Made by a program: the position numbers and the translations under genes. 64,000 nucleotides of DNA, taken from positions 372,001-436,000 of the forward strand of contig NW_026250423.1 in the NCBI RefSeq assembly GCF_024521635.1, read 5' to 3'. The DNA comes from Tricharina praecox (taxonomy: Eukaryota). The notes under the pieces were generated by a model. That model was not told the origin of the DNA. It was given only the letters and a program-made list of their open reading frames with translations, and did not search any database. Below, one piece after another: positions 21,180 to 34,740 of this stretch; position 1 is the first letter of the stretch, and every line of letters starts with the position of its first letter.

Positions 21180-23552
21180 CTACCGCCGACTTTTCACCTT
21201 CGCCTTCCCCTTCTTAGGGGCCTCTTCTTCCTCTTCACTAGCAGCATCGACATCATCATAGTCCACGCTGTCCCCATCATCCTCCGCCTCGCTCTCGCTG
21301 GCCTCAAGGTCTATAAACGCCCTGACATCGCCCTCCTCATCGTCCTCCTCATCGTCCTCCTCTTCCTCATCATCACTGTCCAAGAATGCTCCACCTTCCT
21401 CGGCAGAGTCGTCCTCGTCATCATCCAGGGCTGCTGGAGACTTGATGTAGCTAGCATCTTCGATCCTCATACCCTCCATTCCGACTTCTTCTGGCTCCTC
21501 GTCGCTCTCGTTGTCGGTGTCGCTCTCGGGAGTTTCACCCTCAACGTAGAGGACGCCATCGTCGTTGCCGCTGCCTTCGCCGGCAGTGGCGGCACGAATG
21601 GTTTGCCTGAGCTGCACCTGGGCGTGGAGCATATCGAGTCTTCCCTGAAGTGCGAGCAAGCGCGGAAGGGCACCAGCCCGGGTGTTGAGGGTGGAGTAGA
21701 GACCGGACAGAGTGCGGACGAGGTTGGGGAGAGTGACGAGGTATCCTCCGTGTGCGACTAGTGTCCAGCGGACCCAATCACCCAAGCTACCGGCACGTCC
21801 AGGCTTCCGTGCGAGACGCTCAGCGAGGTTCTCGAGGAGGGTGACTGCCATGGGAGAGGGCAGCTTGCGCACGGTGTTGAGGATTGTTTGGGTATCGGTT
21901 GTATGGAGACAAGATTCGAGGAGCGTAGTGTCGTTGGTTTTGAGGGCCTGGGTGAGGACCGAGGTGAGGGCGTTTGCTGTTGGAGGCTCGAGAGAGCGCT
22001 TCACCTTGAGAGGGGCGAGGGCGTTTGTGGGTTTAGCGGAGACTTCGAGAGCCTGGAAGCGGTCGCCAAACGAAGGCTCCTCGGCACCCGCAATGGAATC
22101 GGCATCGTCATCGTCATTCTCGGGGGACGATTCTTCTTCCTCTTCCTCCTCTTCCTCCTCGTTCTCGGATTCGGGAGCTGGCGCATCTTCCATACCGACA
22201 TCCTGCATGTCGTCTCCTCCGACAACAATGGCGTGTGACTGGTCAACCACCATTTTCCCAACTTCCTTGACGCCATTCATGACTGCACCGTTGGCATCGA
22301 GCGAGGAGGTCTTAGATCTTGTAATGTCGATGGTGCCGCTGAGGACAAAGCTTCCATCTTCGGCGTTCGTCCATCGCACCTTCTCGAACTCAATGTTGAC
22401 ACCACCCTCGACCCAGGCAAGAACCAGTTCTTCGTTTTGAACGGACACATCGGCGACCGAGACGATATCCTTGCCGTTAGGGCGCACAATGCGGACCTTT
22501 GCCTCTCCCTTCCGTGTCACGGCCTTCTTCTTCCTGGAGGCCACTGGTGATCCGGCGTTTGCCACGACAGGCTCGAAAGGCGACTTGAACACCTCGACAA
22601 CACCCTCGGCAGTAACGACAGCCAGGATTTCGTGCTGGGATCCTTCGAAGAATGATGCCCCGAGAATATCAGATTCTGCGACGAGCGCTCCAACGTGCTT
22701 GTTTTCCAATAGCGAAAAGATGTTGATAAACCGATCAGTCTCGGCGGCTGTAAGGAACTGTTTCTCGTCCTTGGAGGAGATGATGGTGTGAATTGGCGTG
22801 GAGTTGGCAGTGAATTTCGCAGGTTCGACCATGCCAGAATCTTTCCTGTCGATTGCATAGACTGTGTGCGAGGCGGACAGGATCTTTTCCGTAGTAGGCG
22901 CAAGCCGTTTTATCGACGGATCTGGGAGAGCAATATTACTGTAGCAGAGACATTAGCTGTGAACCGGCAGCTGCGATCTACCCATGAGAGCATACCTGAG
23001 AGAAATCTTCCTGTTAGTATCCCACTCCACCAGTTTGCCATCCTGACCGCAACTCCAACCACGTCCCTCCTCTGCCGAGAAAACGAAGAATTGAACGCCG
23101 GTCACATGCTCTCCCTCCAGAACGCCAACCACCACACCCTCGGTGGGCGAAAATAAGATCACAGTGCCCCGATTTGTCGCAGCTGCAACAACCGTATTCT
23201 TCGCATCCTCTTCAGCACTGGCCCCAGCGCCGTTGGACAACCGCTTGCGCTTCTTCTTTGCACCCTTCTTGTCTTTCGGCGGTAGCGATCCCCAGGACAG
23301 CGAATTGATCGAAACGCCCTTCTCGAAGGTGTGCTCGCACCGCAGACGGTTGGTGGTGGTGTCGTGGATTCTCAAGCGGTACGCATCGAGGCCTCGGACG
23401 ACAGAGGCAAATAGCGAAAGGCGGAGCTCCGGAGGAGAGAAAGCAGAGGCCGTCAGTGCCGCTGAAGGGGCTGCCGCGGTCGAGAGTTTCGAGGACAGGT
23501 GCGAAGCGCTCTGCGCCGGCTTTGATTTCGGCGCCGACTTTTTGCTGACCAT
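21180..23552 (-). CDS. UTP5: U3 snoRNP/t-UTP subunit Utp5 (WDR43)
   Basis: Exons 23552-22996 and 22938-21180. WD-like N-terminus, Utp12-type domain LTSVLTQALKTNDTTLLESCL...WVRWTLVAHGGYL...LLALQGRLDML, acidic tail. Confidence 0.88.
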
Positions 23553-24104
23553 TGTAAAGCGAAGAAAAACGGGAAAGCTTTTAGTTTCAAGGGATGAAGG
23601 CCTGGCACGACCTGGGGGTTACCTCAGCGCGACCCTGAGCAACAGGTGAGGGGGTTTGCTGATGGTGGTGGTGGGTGATAGGTTATTCGGAAAGGTTATA
23701 CCAAGTCTTTTGCACCGAAGATTGTTGCTGGAGAACTTTATCGTTGAAACTTTTGACTTTTTTTCTCGCGTCGTGCCGTTGGCGGGGTAACCTGGCGTAC
23801 GCAGACTTGGAGGATACCTGGGAACGGTGGCATAAAATAAGATGCGGGCCTTTCGATGCGGCTGAGAATTTTGAGCAGATGACTGCAAAAAGAAATAGAG
23901 CCGCCAAGATTTCATGAAAGATTAGATTAGATATCTCAACCCTGTCCCGCCTCAAAGTTATCGGTGTGTGTGTGACACGAGAAAGAAAATTCCCCACCAC
24001 GAAACGAATCAATTGACTCCACATTCACCCGTCGCGACTACAGAATACTCCTGCTTCCTTTCGCTCTCCAGTTGCACCGGGAAATAAAAACAGAAGCAGG
24101 TGCC
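23553..24104. promoter_or_regulatory. Bidirectional promoter shared by UTP5 and RRP12
   Basis: 552 bp between divergent ATGs. Contains GATGCGG twice (23841, 23855) and A/T tracts resembling RRPE (GAGAATTTT, GAAAATT). Confidence 0.6.
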
Positions 24105-27100
24105 ATGTCGTCCCTCGAGGAGAAACTTGACCGCATTCGGTCACCAAAACAGAAAAACCAGCAGCAGGTACCGCAGACTCCATTGGCTGTTCATGAAGAT
24201 GTCATAAATCTAATATATCTTGTGTCAACAGGTTACTGTTGTCCTCAATGCCGTCGAAGATATCCTGCGTGATCAGAGTACCGAATTCACAGCCACAGCG
24301 TACTTCGTTGCACTTCTCTCCCTCCTCCAGCAGTCAATTTCCTCCTCCGCAATCCTGAACAAAGACCTCGCCGCGTCCACGGTCTACCTCCTCGATCTCG
24401 TCACCCCACACGCTCCAGCGCCGCTTCTACGAGCGAAATTCGTGCCGATCCTGACACATCTTGCGCCTACACTCACAAATGCCGAAGTTGAGGCGCCCTT
24501 ACTGCGAAGCTCAATCGGTGTGTTGGAGAGTCTTTTGGTCGCACAGGATGGGACAAGTTGGGCGATTCCACCGAAGGAGATTGGACCACGGAGAGCTGTT
24601 GCTGGACTGCTAAACCTTGGGCTGGACGATCGACCGAAGGTGCGGAAGCGCGCACAAGAGGCTCTTACCACAGTCCTGAAGAATGCACCACCGAGCCCCA
24701 GTCTGGAGCACCCGGCGAGCGATATGTGCGCGGCAACTACACTGTCTAGTGTTCAGGAGTTGTTGAAAATGAGCGAGGCGCAGAAGAAGAAGGGCGGTGA
24801 ACACGATCCTCGAGTAATCCACTCTTTGCAACTGGTCAAAGCTGTGGCTGCAGCCGGCACATGGCCCAGCAAAAGGATCGAGGGACTCTGTGAGACTCTG
24901 CTTCAGATTGCCAGAGGTGGTAACGAGTTCATGACTATGGCCGCACTAGGAGTGTTCGAGGAGATCTTCACTGGGTTAGCGGATGAGGTTGGAGGCGGAA
25001 AGTTAGAAGTGGTTCTTGAGGCCATCCAGGAGCTACGGCCATCGAACAGCGACTCTCAGCTCCTTCCCCCGTGGCTGGCAGTCACGGCTCGAGGATACGA
25101 AGTCTACGCACAAGTTTCGTCCGACATCGCGTTCACCAAGCTTCCTACGCTCTACGAAATGGTCTCCACTTTCCTTGAATCCTCAGCCGAGAATATACGC
25201 ACATCTAGCGCCCAGTGTCTCATATCCCTCACCGAGTCCATGATCCCCGATAGTGCTTTGCTTGATATTACTCGCACCACAGAATCAGTCTTCCAGAAAA
25301 TTGCGAAAATTGCGACTGATCTGCTGAGTGTCCGATATCAAGGTGCATGGATGGAGGTCTTTGATATTCTCTCCGCCCTTTTTGTCAAACTGAGGTGGCG
25401 ATCGGACCCCGTTTTGCGCGAGGCCGTAAAGGTTTTGGGTGAACTCCGCAGCAATGACGGGTTTCAGGGGAAAAAACAGGCCGATGAGGTGCTTGCAAAG
25501 GCGATCCGTGCTATGGGTCCCGACGTTGTCCTCTCCATCCTGCCATTGGGGCTGTCAAAACCAATTCCCGGCCAGCCGGGAAGAGCTTGGATGTTGCCTA
25601 TCCTCCGTGGTGCGACTTTCAACACCAAGCTTGCGCACTTCCGTTCCGAGATGGTCCCACTGTCTGAAATTTTCTTCCAGAGGGTTGTCGACTTTGGTGA
25701 GGACAAAGAAAAGACTGTAGAGATCAAGATCTTCGAGACTCTCGTTGGCCAAATCTGGGATCTCCTGCCAGGTTACTGCAACCTGCCCTCTGATCTTACT
25801 GAGACTTTCGACCAGGCGTTCGCCGAGCTTCTCGCAAATGTTGTCTATCAGAAGGTCGAGCTCCGCAAGAACATCTGCAAGGCGCTGCAAAATCTTGTTG
25901 ATTCCAACAAGGCTATCTTGGAGACAGAGACGGACGATGATGATGAGGAAGACCTTGTTGCGCAGCACCGGGTCTCGAAGGAACAGGCGCAAGCGAACAT
26001 CGACCATCTTGCAAAGTTTTCCGGTAACTTGCTTGCCGTTCTGTTCAACGTCTACAGCAGCACGCTCCCTCAGTTCCGTGGCTTCATTCTCCAGTGCCTC
26101 AACTCCTTCCTCAGCATTACTCCCCACGCTGAACTCATGGATACTTTCTCCAAAGTCTCGACCATGTTGGAGTCTTCCCTCGCGGAGTTGTCAGCACAGA
26201 CCCAGGCGGACAAGCAGAAGAAGAAGAAGGATGCCTCGGCAATGCCCCCAATGGCTCACACACTGATGGATTTGGTCATCACCATTACGCCCTACCTGCC
26301 GGCAGATTCATACCAGACCCTCTTTGCGATCTTCAGTGCAACGGTCAACAAGGAGTCTGACCCCCAACTGCAGAAGAAGGCCTACAAAGTTATCCCCCGT
26401 CTCGCTGAAACAGAAACCGGTCGTGCAGCACTCGAAACTCAGCACGAGGCTCTGCAAACCCTGCTTATCGACTCCGCGGCCACCGTCACACCCCCGGCAC
26501 GCCGTGATCGTCTTATTGCCCTCTCCACCATAGTGGAGTTCATCCCCAAGGAGGACCTACACTTCATTCCTTCCGTTCTCTCCGAGGTCGTCATCTCTGC
26601 TAAGGAGGTGAATGAGAAGGCTCGTACTGCCGCCTTCGACATCCTCGTCGCCATGGGTGAGAAGATGAGGGAGGGTGGAATCGTCGTCAACCGCAAGGTG
26701 GAACACATGGCCGACGATGCCCCCGACGTTCCCGCCTCGCTCGAGGAGTACTTCACCATGGTTTCTGCCGGTCTTGCCGGCAGTGCCCCACACATGGTTT
26801 CCGCGTCTATCACCGCGCTTACCAGGATCATGTGGCAATTCAAGGACGACGTGGACCAAAACCTGCTCTCTGAGCTCGTCGCAACCCTCGATCTCTTCCT
26901 TACCTCCAAGAACAGAGAGATTGTTCGCAGTGTCCTTGGTTTCATTAAGGTGTGCGTCATTTCGCTGCCAAAGGAGATGATGGAGCCGCGATTCAAGACG
27001 TTGATTCCCAACCTTATGGTGTGGAGTCACGAGCACAAGGCACATTTCAAGGCCAAGGTGAAGCACATCATCGAGCGTCTCATCCGAAGATTCGGCGTGC

Positions 27101-27897
27101 CAGTGGTGGAACGCTACACTCCCGAGGAGGACAAGAAGCTCATCGCCAATATCCGCAAGACTCGCGAGCGCCGCAAGAGAAAGAAGGACGAGGCTAAGGC
27201 CACCGGTGAGGAGGAAGAGGACAGCGATCATGATGCTACCGATGTTGTCGAGAAGCCCCGCCGGAAGAACAGATTCGAGAACGAATTTGACGATGCGCTC
27301 TACGGATCTGAGTCTGAGTCGGAGGCCGGTAGCGACACCGAAATGGCCGCTGCACCTAGGGTTAAGAGGGATTCGAAGAAGGGACAGCAGTTCATCGTCG
27401 AGGATGAAGACGAGCCGCTGGATCTCCTCGACCGTAAGAGTTTGGCGCACATTTCTACTACCCGCCCGCTCAAGCAGAATGCCAGACAGAAGAAACCGTC
27501 CAAGGCCAAGTTTAACGAGGATGGAAAGCTCATTCTGGGTGACAGCGACGATGAGATGATTATCCCTACTGCCAGAAAGGATGACGACGGCGATCTGGAT
27601 ATGGGCGGTGACGGTGTGGGTGCGTATGTTGAGGCCGTCAGCGGGAAGAACGCCTACACGCGTGGTCTCAAGGGCAAGGTCAAGTTCTCGAACAAGAGGG
27701 CTAGGGAGGGAGATCAGGAGATGGAGTTGGATGACGATGAGCGAGAGAAGCCGAGCTCCAGCGAGAACACCGGGAGGAGGACTGGTGGGCCGGGACGTGG
27801 TGGTCGCGGTGGTTTCAAGAAGCAGATGTCGGATAGAAAACCACTTGGACAAGTCAGGGAGGGCAGGGCGGGCAAGACAAATAGGGGAAGGCGGTAA
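24105..27897 (+). CDS. RRP12: Ribosomal RNA-processing protein Rrp12 (HEAT repeat, NUC173 domain)
   Basis: Exons 24105-24167 and 24232-27897. Motifs DDRPKVRKRAQEA, GRAWMLPILR, QIWDLLPGYC, QLQKKAYK, KEVNEKAR, MVSAGLAG, SKNREIVRSVLGFIKV, EPLDLLD. Confidence 0.95.
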
Positions 27898-28208
27898 AGA
27901 GCAGGGAAATGTTGTGTGTATATTGTTTTTCGGAAAAGTTTGTGTTTTGATGGGTGACGAATTGACGTCTTCGTTTATAGTAGTCACTAGTAGGCTGCCT
28001 TTCAGAAGACGTTTCTAGAACATGTACTTAATCGAATGATCAGGTGGGGTCAAAATAGAGTAAAGTGCCATCCCTCCAGTCGCGTCGGCATATTCCGCAC
28101 CCCCATTGATTCGCGTCATCTGCCAACCTTGTCCACCACAGCACACACGGCCACGGGCACCACGAACTCCGCCCACCACCTCTCCACATCCCATTCCACT
28201 CGCAGCGC

Positions 28209-28991
28209 ATGTCCAACCCGCTCCTGCACGCGCACGCGCGCACGCTCGCCACCTACCGCGCGGCGCTCACAACGGCGCAAGCGCAAACGGCCGAGCTCCA
28301 AAACCACCTCGCGGACCTTCAAGCCCTACTCGCGGAGTCCCGACAGTCCGAGGACCTATGGCAGCGGCAATGTGCAGCGCTCGACCGATACACGCGCGTG
28401 CAGACGCTCGAGCTTGCGGCTGCCAAAAGGGTCGCCCGCGAGACCGGACAGGAACTCGCGCGTGTTAGGGTTGAGCTCGAGGATTTGAGGAGGGGGGTTA
28501 AGAGGGTGCGCAGGGTTCCGCCGGTCTTGGGGGTGGGAGTGAGGGATGGGGGGGTCCAGATGGGTGGGCAAGGGGAGGGGGATGAGGGGGTGGATGGGGA
28601 GGGGGACGGGGAGATGGGCCAGCAGGTCGTGAGAGAGTGGGTTGAGGCGACGGGAGTGCTGCCCGAGGCCGTTAAGTGCGACTGTCCTACTGCGAAGGCG
28701 GTTAGGGGGTTGTTTGAGGAGAGGGTTAGGAGGAGAGATAGAGCGAGGGCGGGGGAGGCTCCGAGGGATGTGCCCAGGCAGTATGTACCTCCGGTGCCTG
28801 GGTTGCAGACTGGCGAGAGGGAGAGGAGACGTGAGTTGCGGGAGAAGTTGAGGGCTACTAGAGAGAAGCTTGGAGAGCGGCGGGTGAGGGCGGTGGACCG
28901 GGACCGGGACCGGGACAGGGACAGGGAATTCCATGCCAGGCGCGGGAATAGTACTTTTGAAGACGGAGGGACTGTGACGTTTGAGGTCTGA
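28209..28991 (+). CDS. Hypothetical protein with an N-terminal coiled coil
   Basis: 260-aa ATG-initiated ORF with a heptad-like N-terminus and Arg/Asp repeats near the C-terminus. No family recognised. Confidence 0.55.
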   Translation: MSNPLLHAHARTLATYRAALTTAQAQTAELQNHLADLQALLAESRQSEDLWQRQCAALDRYTRVQTLELAAAKRVARETGQELARVRVELEDLRRGVKRVRRVPPVLGVGVRDGGVQMGGQGEGDEGVDGEGDGEMGQQVVREWVEATGVLPEAVKCDCPTAKAVRGLFEERVRRRDRARAGEAPRDVPRQYVPPVPGLQTGERERRRELREKLRATREKLGERRVRAVDRDRDRDRDREFHARRGNSTFEDGGTVTFEV

Positions 28992-29981
28992 GGTTTGAGC
29001 ACGGCGGAGGATAATTGCTTTTGGCTGGAGTTACTTGTCTTGACGATACCTGTCTTTCTGGGTTCTTTTTCATTCTGCGTATGGGAACATCGTCTTTAAC
29101 AGCAGTCTTATCCGGTGAATGAATGTCGCTGCCCCTCAATGGTTGGTATGGGATCATCGTTTCGAGTGAGCGAGAGAGAGAGCACCAATTAATTATCGCA
29201 TACGGCCTGTCTAGACTATAGCGACCACAAACCCGATCTTTCCTGCCAGGTCTGCGGGGGTAGATAGAAGGCTCTACCGCTGTCGGTCTATTGCTGCGTT
29301 CATCCTTTCGAGTCCGCATGCCACCAACGGTCGAGGGCTTGGAAGGCGAGTGATAATGCATGCTTGACTGCATCCTCCAGCGGGCCTCACGATGCCGGTT
29401 ACTGGCTTGGGAAATTATTCCAAGAACTTTCAATCCAACACGCCCTATCTCTCTGTACTCCTCCCACTTCTCCTACTTCTCCTACTCTATTCCACAATCT
29501 CTCTCACGATACAAACGCAAATCAGCAGCAAATCATCCCTCGGTAGAAAGTGAGCGCAATGCTCCTTAAACCTTCATGCGATCAAAACCATCACCATGGC
29601 TAGCAACAGACGCTTGCCGAGCTGCGTCGGAGCTTCTAAGTTCCAATCCGTGGGCTCTCACACTGTCATGCTCGCCTACTTAGGTACTATATCCGCCGAG
29701 TCCGTTTCAGTATTCGATATAGGTAGTCCAACCCGGACTGCAGCCTGGACCAGACGGACTGCCTGGAATTGTTGAGATTATCATGGGCTTGTGATGGACG
29801 AATTGGGGGCCTGAGCTTTACTCATGTATCAACCTGCCGGTATCGATGTATAATCACTCAATACCGATTCCCTAGCACAGTAATGAAGTCACTTTTAAAG
29901 CTCAAGAACATTTTCAGTAACCAAAAAGTATACAATTCATTCTATCAGCCACCAACCACCATCCCATCCACCACCGAGTTT

Positions 29982-32936
29982 CTAAAACTCGACCTCAACC
30001 TGCCGATCCCTGGAGCTATTCCCGACCCACAGAGTAAACCTGCCATCCGTGGGCATTCTCCAATTCTGCGCGTTTACATCCCAGTAGCTCAAATCCCTCC
30101 TCCTGACCTCAAAGGTGACCTTCGTCTCCTCGCCCTTCCCAAGGTGCACCTTCTCAAACCCTCTCAACACCCTGACCGGAAACTCGACGCCTTCAACCTC
30201 GGGAAATCCAATGTAGAGCTGCGCGACCTCCGCCCCGGACGCATCGCCCGTGTTCTTGACCGCCACTGAGAGACTAGCGATCACATCCCACAGCGAGGGA
30301 TTACCGCCCTCGCCGCCGCCGGCTGGGGATAGGGGGCGCGTCGTGAAGTAGTCCTTGGGGTAAGAGACCGGGTGCTGCGAGAAGATCTCGGAGACGCTGG
30401 AGAGGTAGGGGTAGATGTAGTGGAGGATTTTCTTGAAGTTCCGTGGGAACAGGACCTCCGAGACCGGAGGAAGTGTGGATTGGATCGTGGGCGGGGCGAT
30501 CATATCTGGCCGCGGCGATGGGAAGGTGGCCTTGGACATGTGCTCGACTAGTTTTGGTGAGGAGATGGTGAATGACGTGTAGGACAGCCCGTGGCCGAAG
30601 GGATAGCGAGGAGTGATGTCGTGTTTGTCGAAGTATCGGTAGTCAACCTCGAAGCCTTCCTTGAAGGTCTGCTGCGGCACCTCGGCGTTCGGGTGGTACA
30701 TTATCTGTGCGCCGGGGCCGTAGTCCTTAAGGCTCTTGCCAATGGTGTAGGGGAGCTTTCCGCTGGGGTTTGCGTCGCCGAATATGATCTCGGCCAGCGC
30801 CTTCCCGCTCTCCTGTCCCGGAAGGTGGGCGAGAACGACCGCCTTGACGCCGGGAATATCGATCCACTTCTCGAGGATGACCGGGCCAACGGCATGGACG
30901 ACAACGATAGTATTCTCGCAGTTCCTGGCGACGGTCTTGACAACGCTATCACCACCGCGCTGGGCATACAGATCGTTACGATCTCCAGCCACGCCTATCA
31001 ACGGGTCCGTGATATAACCCTCCCCAGCATCCGAATTGATGAAGGCGAAACACAGATCCTGGGAACTGGCAGATCTCGCAATGTGCGAGGTCTGGTCGTT
31101 ATCCGTAATTGCGGTGAAATTGGGGATGTCATCGGCGGAGCTGTTGAATGATCTCTTCAACTCCGTCAACGGCGAGTGGAAAACGGCATACTCGACCGCA
31201 CCACTTCCCCAGCCACTCCCAAGACTCCCCTTGTTGCATCCGCGGTCCTTGCAGAAGTTGGGGAATCCCTCTTGATCCTCGGAACCTGCATCTTCGCCGT
31301 AGATGCCGATATTCTTCCCCTTAAATGCCCCACGCCGAAGTGGGAGGATACCAGAGTTCTTGACTAGTACTGTTCCCTCGACCGCAATCTGCCGAGCAGT
31401 CTTCCAGTGGTCCGATTGGACATCGACGTACTGGTTTACAACGCCGCGCTCGCCCTCCCCGGCGCCGCGATAGATGAAATCTTCTTTCTCGTCTGTCCAG
31501 CTGGAGAAGTTGGGCTTCTCCTCGGGAAATTTGGACTTGTCGTCCTGCGACAATTGGTACCAGGCTGCCACTACACGGAGTGCCATGTCGTCCAGGCGTT
31601 CCAGCGGGATCGTCGAGTTCATGACGGCGGCGGTGAGGTTGGCACCGAAAAGAGAGTAGCCGGCGTCGTCGTGTACAATATTGCCGGGCATCACTACATC
31701 GAGACCGCCGAGGATCGACGATACTCCGTCACGGAGAGCGTACCAGTCGCTTTGGACGAATCCCTAGTATGGGGTTAGCAGAGTGGTAGAATGGCTTGTG
31801 TTTGACTATATCTTACCTGAAAACCGAGCTCGTCCTTCAGAAGGCCGTTCATAGTCTTGGAATTTCCGCAGGCGTAGGTGTTGTTCACTTGGTTGTATGA
31901 ACACATCACAGAGGCTACACCAGCCCTGATGGAATCCGCGAAGGGCCAAAGGTAGAGCTCGTGCATGGTCCTGTCATCGACATTGCTTGAGATGGCGTGT
32001 TCCGGGCTTTCCTCCCACTCGAGCTATCAACAGATTAGGGATTGAATGTGGATCGATGGGAATGTAGTAAGACATGCAATCTGTCGGAAATGTTCCTGTT
32101 CGTTGAGAATGAAGTGCTTTGCTGTAGCAATAACACCGGAGGACTGGATTCCCTGGATGGTCTGCGCAGCCTGCACACCTTGCAAGTATGGATCCGTGCC
32201 AAAACCCTCCCAATTTCTATAGCCACAGTTAGTATCGAGTCGAGAAAGATTTCAGTTGTAGCGAACCTCCCGCCACCGGGCATCCTCCCCAGCGGTCCCA
32301 TAGATGGTCCCAATAGCACATGAACACCTTTCTTCCTTGCCTCTTCGCCATGGCCCGCGCCCCTCCTGAAGGCCAGTTCGCGATTGAACGTCGCCCCGAC
32401 CGTCAACGCTGCCGGCCATGCCGTCGCATGATCCACAAACCGCAATCCCAGCGGACCATCCTGCAAGCACAGCGATGGAAAGCCGACGTGAACGGCTGGC
32501 GCCGTATTCCCAACACATAGACCCTGTGACCATCCGGTTCCCGTAGTGACGTTGACCTTTTCAGTGAGCGTCATCTTTCCCACCATCTCAGCTGCCTTGC
32601 GGTAGCTCTCTTCCCAGCTCTTGACGGTTCCGCCGCGAGCTGTACAACGTTAGAAAGGGTGAGGCAAGTCAGGAAAGTGGGATCGAGGGTATACGAACGA
32701 CTGGGGAACCATCCTTCGCTCTGCCATTGCGCGGCTTCATCGTTCGGCCCGTGGTGGGGATGATGGCGGCAGGGGCCAGATGTGAAGTACAACACTGCAG
32801 TCGCAAGAACAGCGAATCCCAAAAAGGCGTTCCGGTGTGACGACGGTCGTTTGCTGCGTCGAGCGCCGTGGGGCACGATTTCGACGTGTTTCTCGTCGAG
32901 GAGCTTCTCCCGTTCGCTCTGCTTCGTGTCCATCAT
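29982..32936 (-). CDS. GH3 beta-glucosidase, type II membrane-anchored (BglE-like)
   Basis: Five exons: about 32936-32699, 32639-32267, 32216-32078, 32023-31818, 31764-29982. N-terminal TM segment; motifs [33 protein letters not shown] (nucleophile), SGKLPYT; C-terminal Fn3-like domain LRGFEKV. Confidence 0.93.
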
Positions 32937-34740
32937 CGTAGTAGCCGATTGAGTATCTGGCTGGTAGCCATAATAATTGGGGGAGATGCGGTGCTCTTTA
33001 AATTCAGCACGACAGCAATTGCGTTCGTATCGGGAGTGCTGACGTCTCGTTAGACCCGGTGTGACGGCCCGACGGTCCGCGCTTCGCTGCAGACTAAGAG
33101 CCAACAGCGGAGTTCGGCAGAGCGCAGGGCGTGGAGAATCCGGGAATCCACCTCACTTGATGTGTAGGCTTGCAGGCTTGCAGGCTAAACAGGACCTGGT
33201 CCGTGCATGCCGCTCGTCACGTGGTTCAGGATGTGATGGGTTATTGGTGGTTATGAGTTTTAAGGGAACTGGTATGGATGTGTAGGGCCGGTTGGATGGG
33301 ATGTCCGTCCGAGAAGGTCTGTCCCTACGACGGCCACTCGTCTTGGCTACGTGCCTTTGTCACAGAGTAACTTCACCGTCTCAGCCATCGTCCATGCGTG
33401 TACATGCAAATACTGGTAGAGTGGGTGCCAGGTAAATCATACTCAGAGTAGAGTCGAGCCTGGAGGACTAGACAACTTTGGGATGTTAATCGTCTTTCTA
33501 TTTTTCGCGATATCTTCTCTTTTAAGGGGGAGCAAGAGCAAGAGCAAGAGCAAGACGCATACTCGCCGCCGAAACAGCTTGTACGATACATAACAGCGAG
33601 GGCAACGGCATCACCGGTCAGCAGTCGTTGGATTGAGAAGACTGGTCACTGCATTGCGGATGGTTTGTACTAACCCGCTGAGTTCTCCGGCAGAAGTAAT
33701 GACGCTTACATCAGGAAAGTATCATAGGTACGTTTTCAACTTCGACAATGGTGAGGCGGGTATATATATCTGAACAAACTTGTATCTGAGCATGCTGAGG
33801 ACTTTCGAGACGCCGAGACGAACCTCCAGCCTCTCCCAGCCCACCCTGCTGCAAGCAACAGTCACACAAGCCGCCGCAACCTATAAGCATAGAGAGTATG
33901 TATCACCTCAAACGCAAATTCTCAACCCAGGTCAGGGGCTGACGATTGAAGCATTTCGCAACATCACCACAGTCCACATCGTCGACTCGTCGCGTTCGAA
34001 CAAACAATTGCGCAGCGATGCTCGCGGAATCGGGTATGCAAGAGAAACCGGGGCCCTTCCTTTTTGGAGTCGCATCGGTTGCGTGTGCTATCTGGGCCGC
34101 ATGCTGCAGCTCTTCGACCAGGTATGCGATTCGGATCTTCAAGTGGATGCAAACACCTGCTGATCCCAACGACTCTAGCGGAAATGCACTTTCGATACCA
34201 TGTGGCGCTACTGCGACGGAGGGGAAATCGGCAAGCGCACGTCGGCGCAAGAGCCGGAGAGCCGCCCAAGCCTTAATGAAGGCTACCGCAGTCGCGAACC
34301 AAATCCGCTTCGCAGACGAGGCTGGTCTGGTCGACGATTACAGCATCTTTTGGAAGTGGGGCAATATGTACGCCGATGAGCTCCAAACTGTGTTGGGTGA
34401 GTATTGCCGGGAAAGGAGCAGCAATAGTTGATCCTTCATTGACGGACTGCCGCACAGCAATGGTGGTAGCCGTGTCTGCATTCTTACATATCAACACAGT
34501 GGGCGGCCATCATGCTGCCGTAGTAGCTGAAATCGTCACCGCAGCCAGGTAACTAAGCTCCGCAAGTGCTAGTGCTCTTAGATTGCTAACATCCATAGCC
34601 TCACCGAATCGGTCCTCGCCATCTTGCGGAGAAGCACCGAGCCAGCTACCACCGCAAAGCTGCAGTCGCGCCGTGGCCTCCTCCTCAAAGCGCATCTCCT
34701 TGTGACCTCCTTATTCTGGTCGATTGTCGGTCCGTTCATC

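Noticed and set aside
26557..27987. 476-aa minus-strand ORF, and similar long antisense ORFs over UTP5, GH3, the Myb gene and the FPY1-like gene
   Set aside because: Antisense shadows of well-supported genes.
33760..34431. TATA box plus overlapping ORFs with splice-like signals
   Set aside because: No consistent spliced frame or recognisable domain could be built; it may be a small orphan gene, but it is unsupported.
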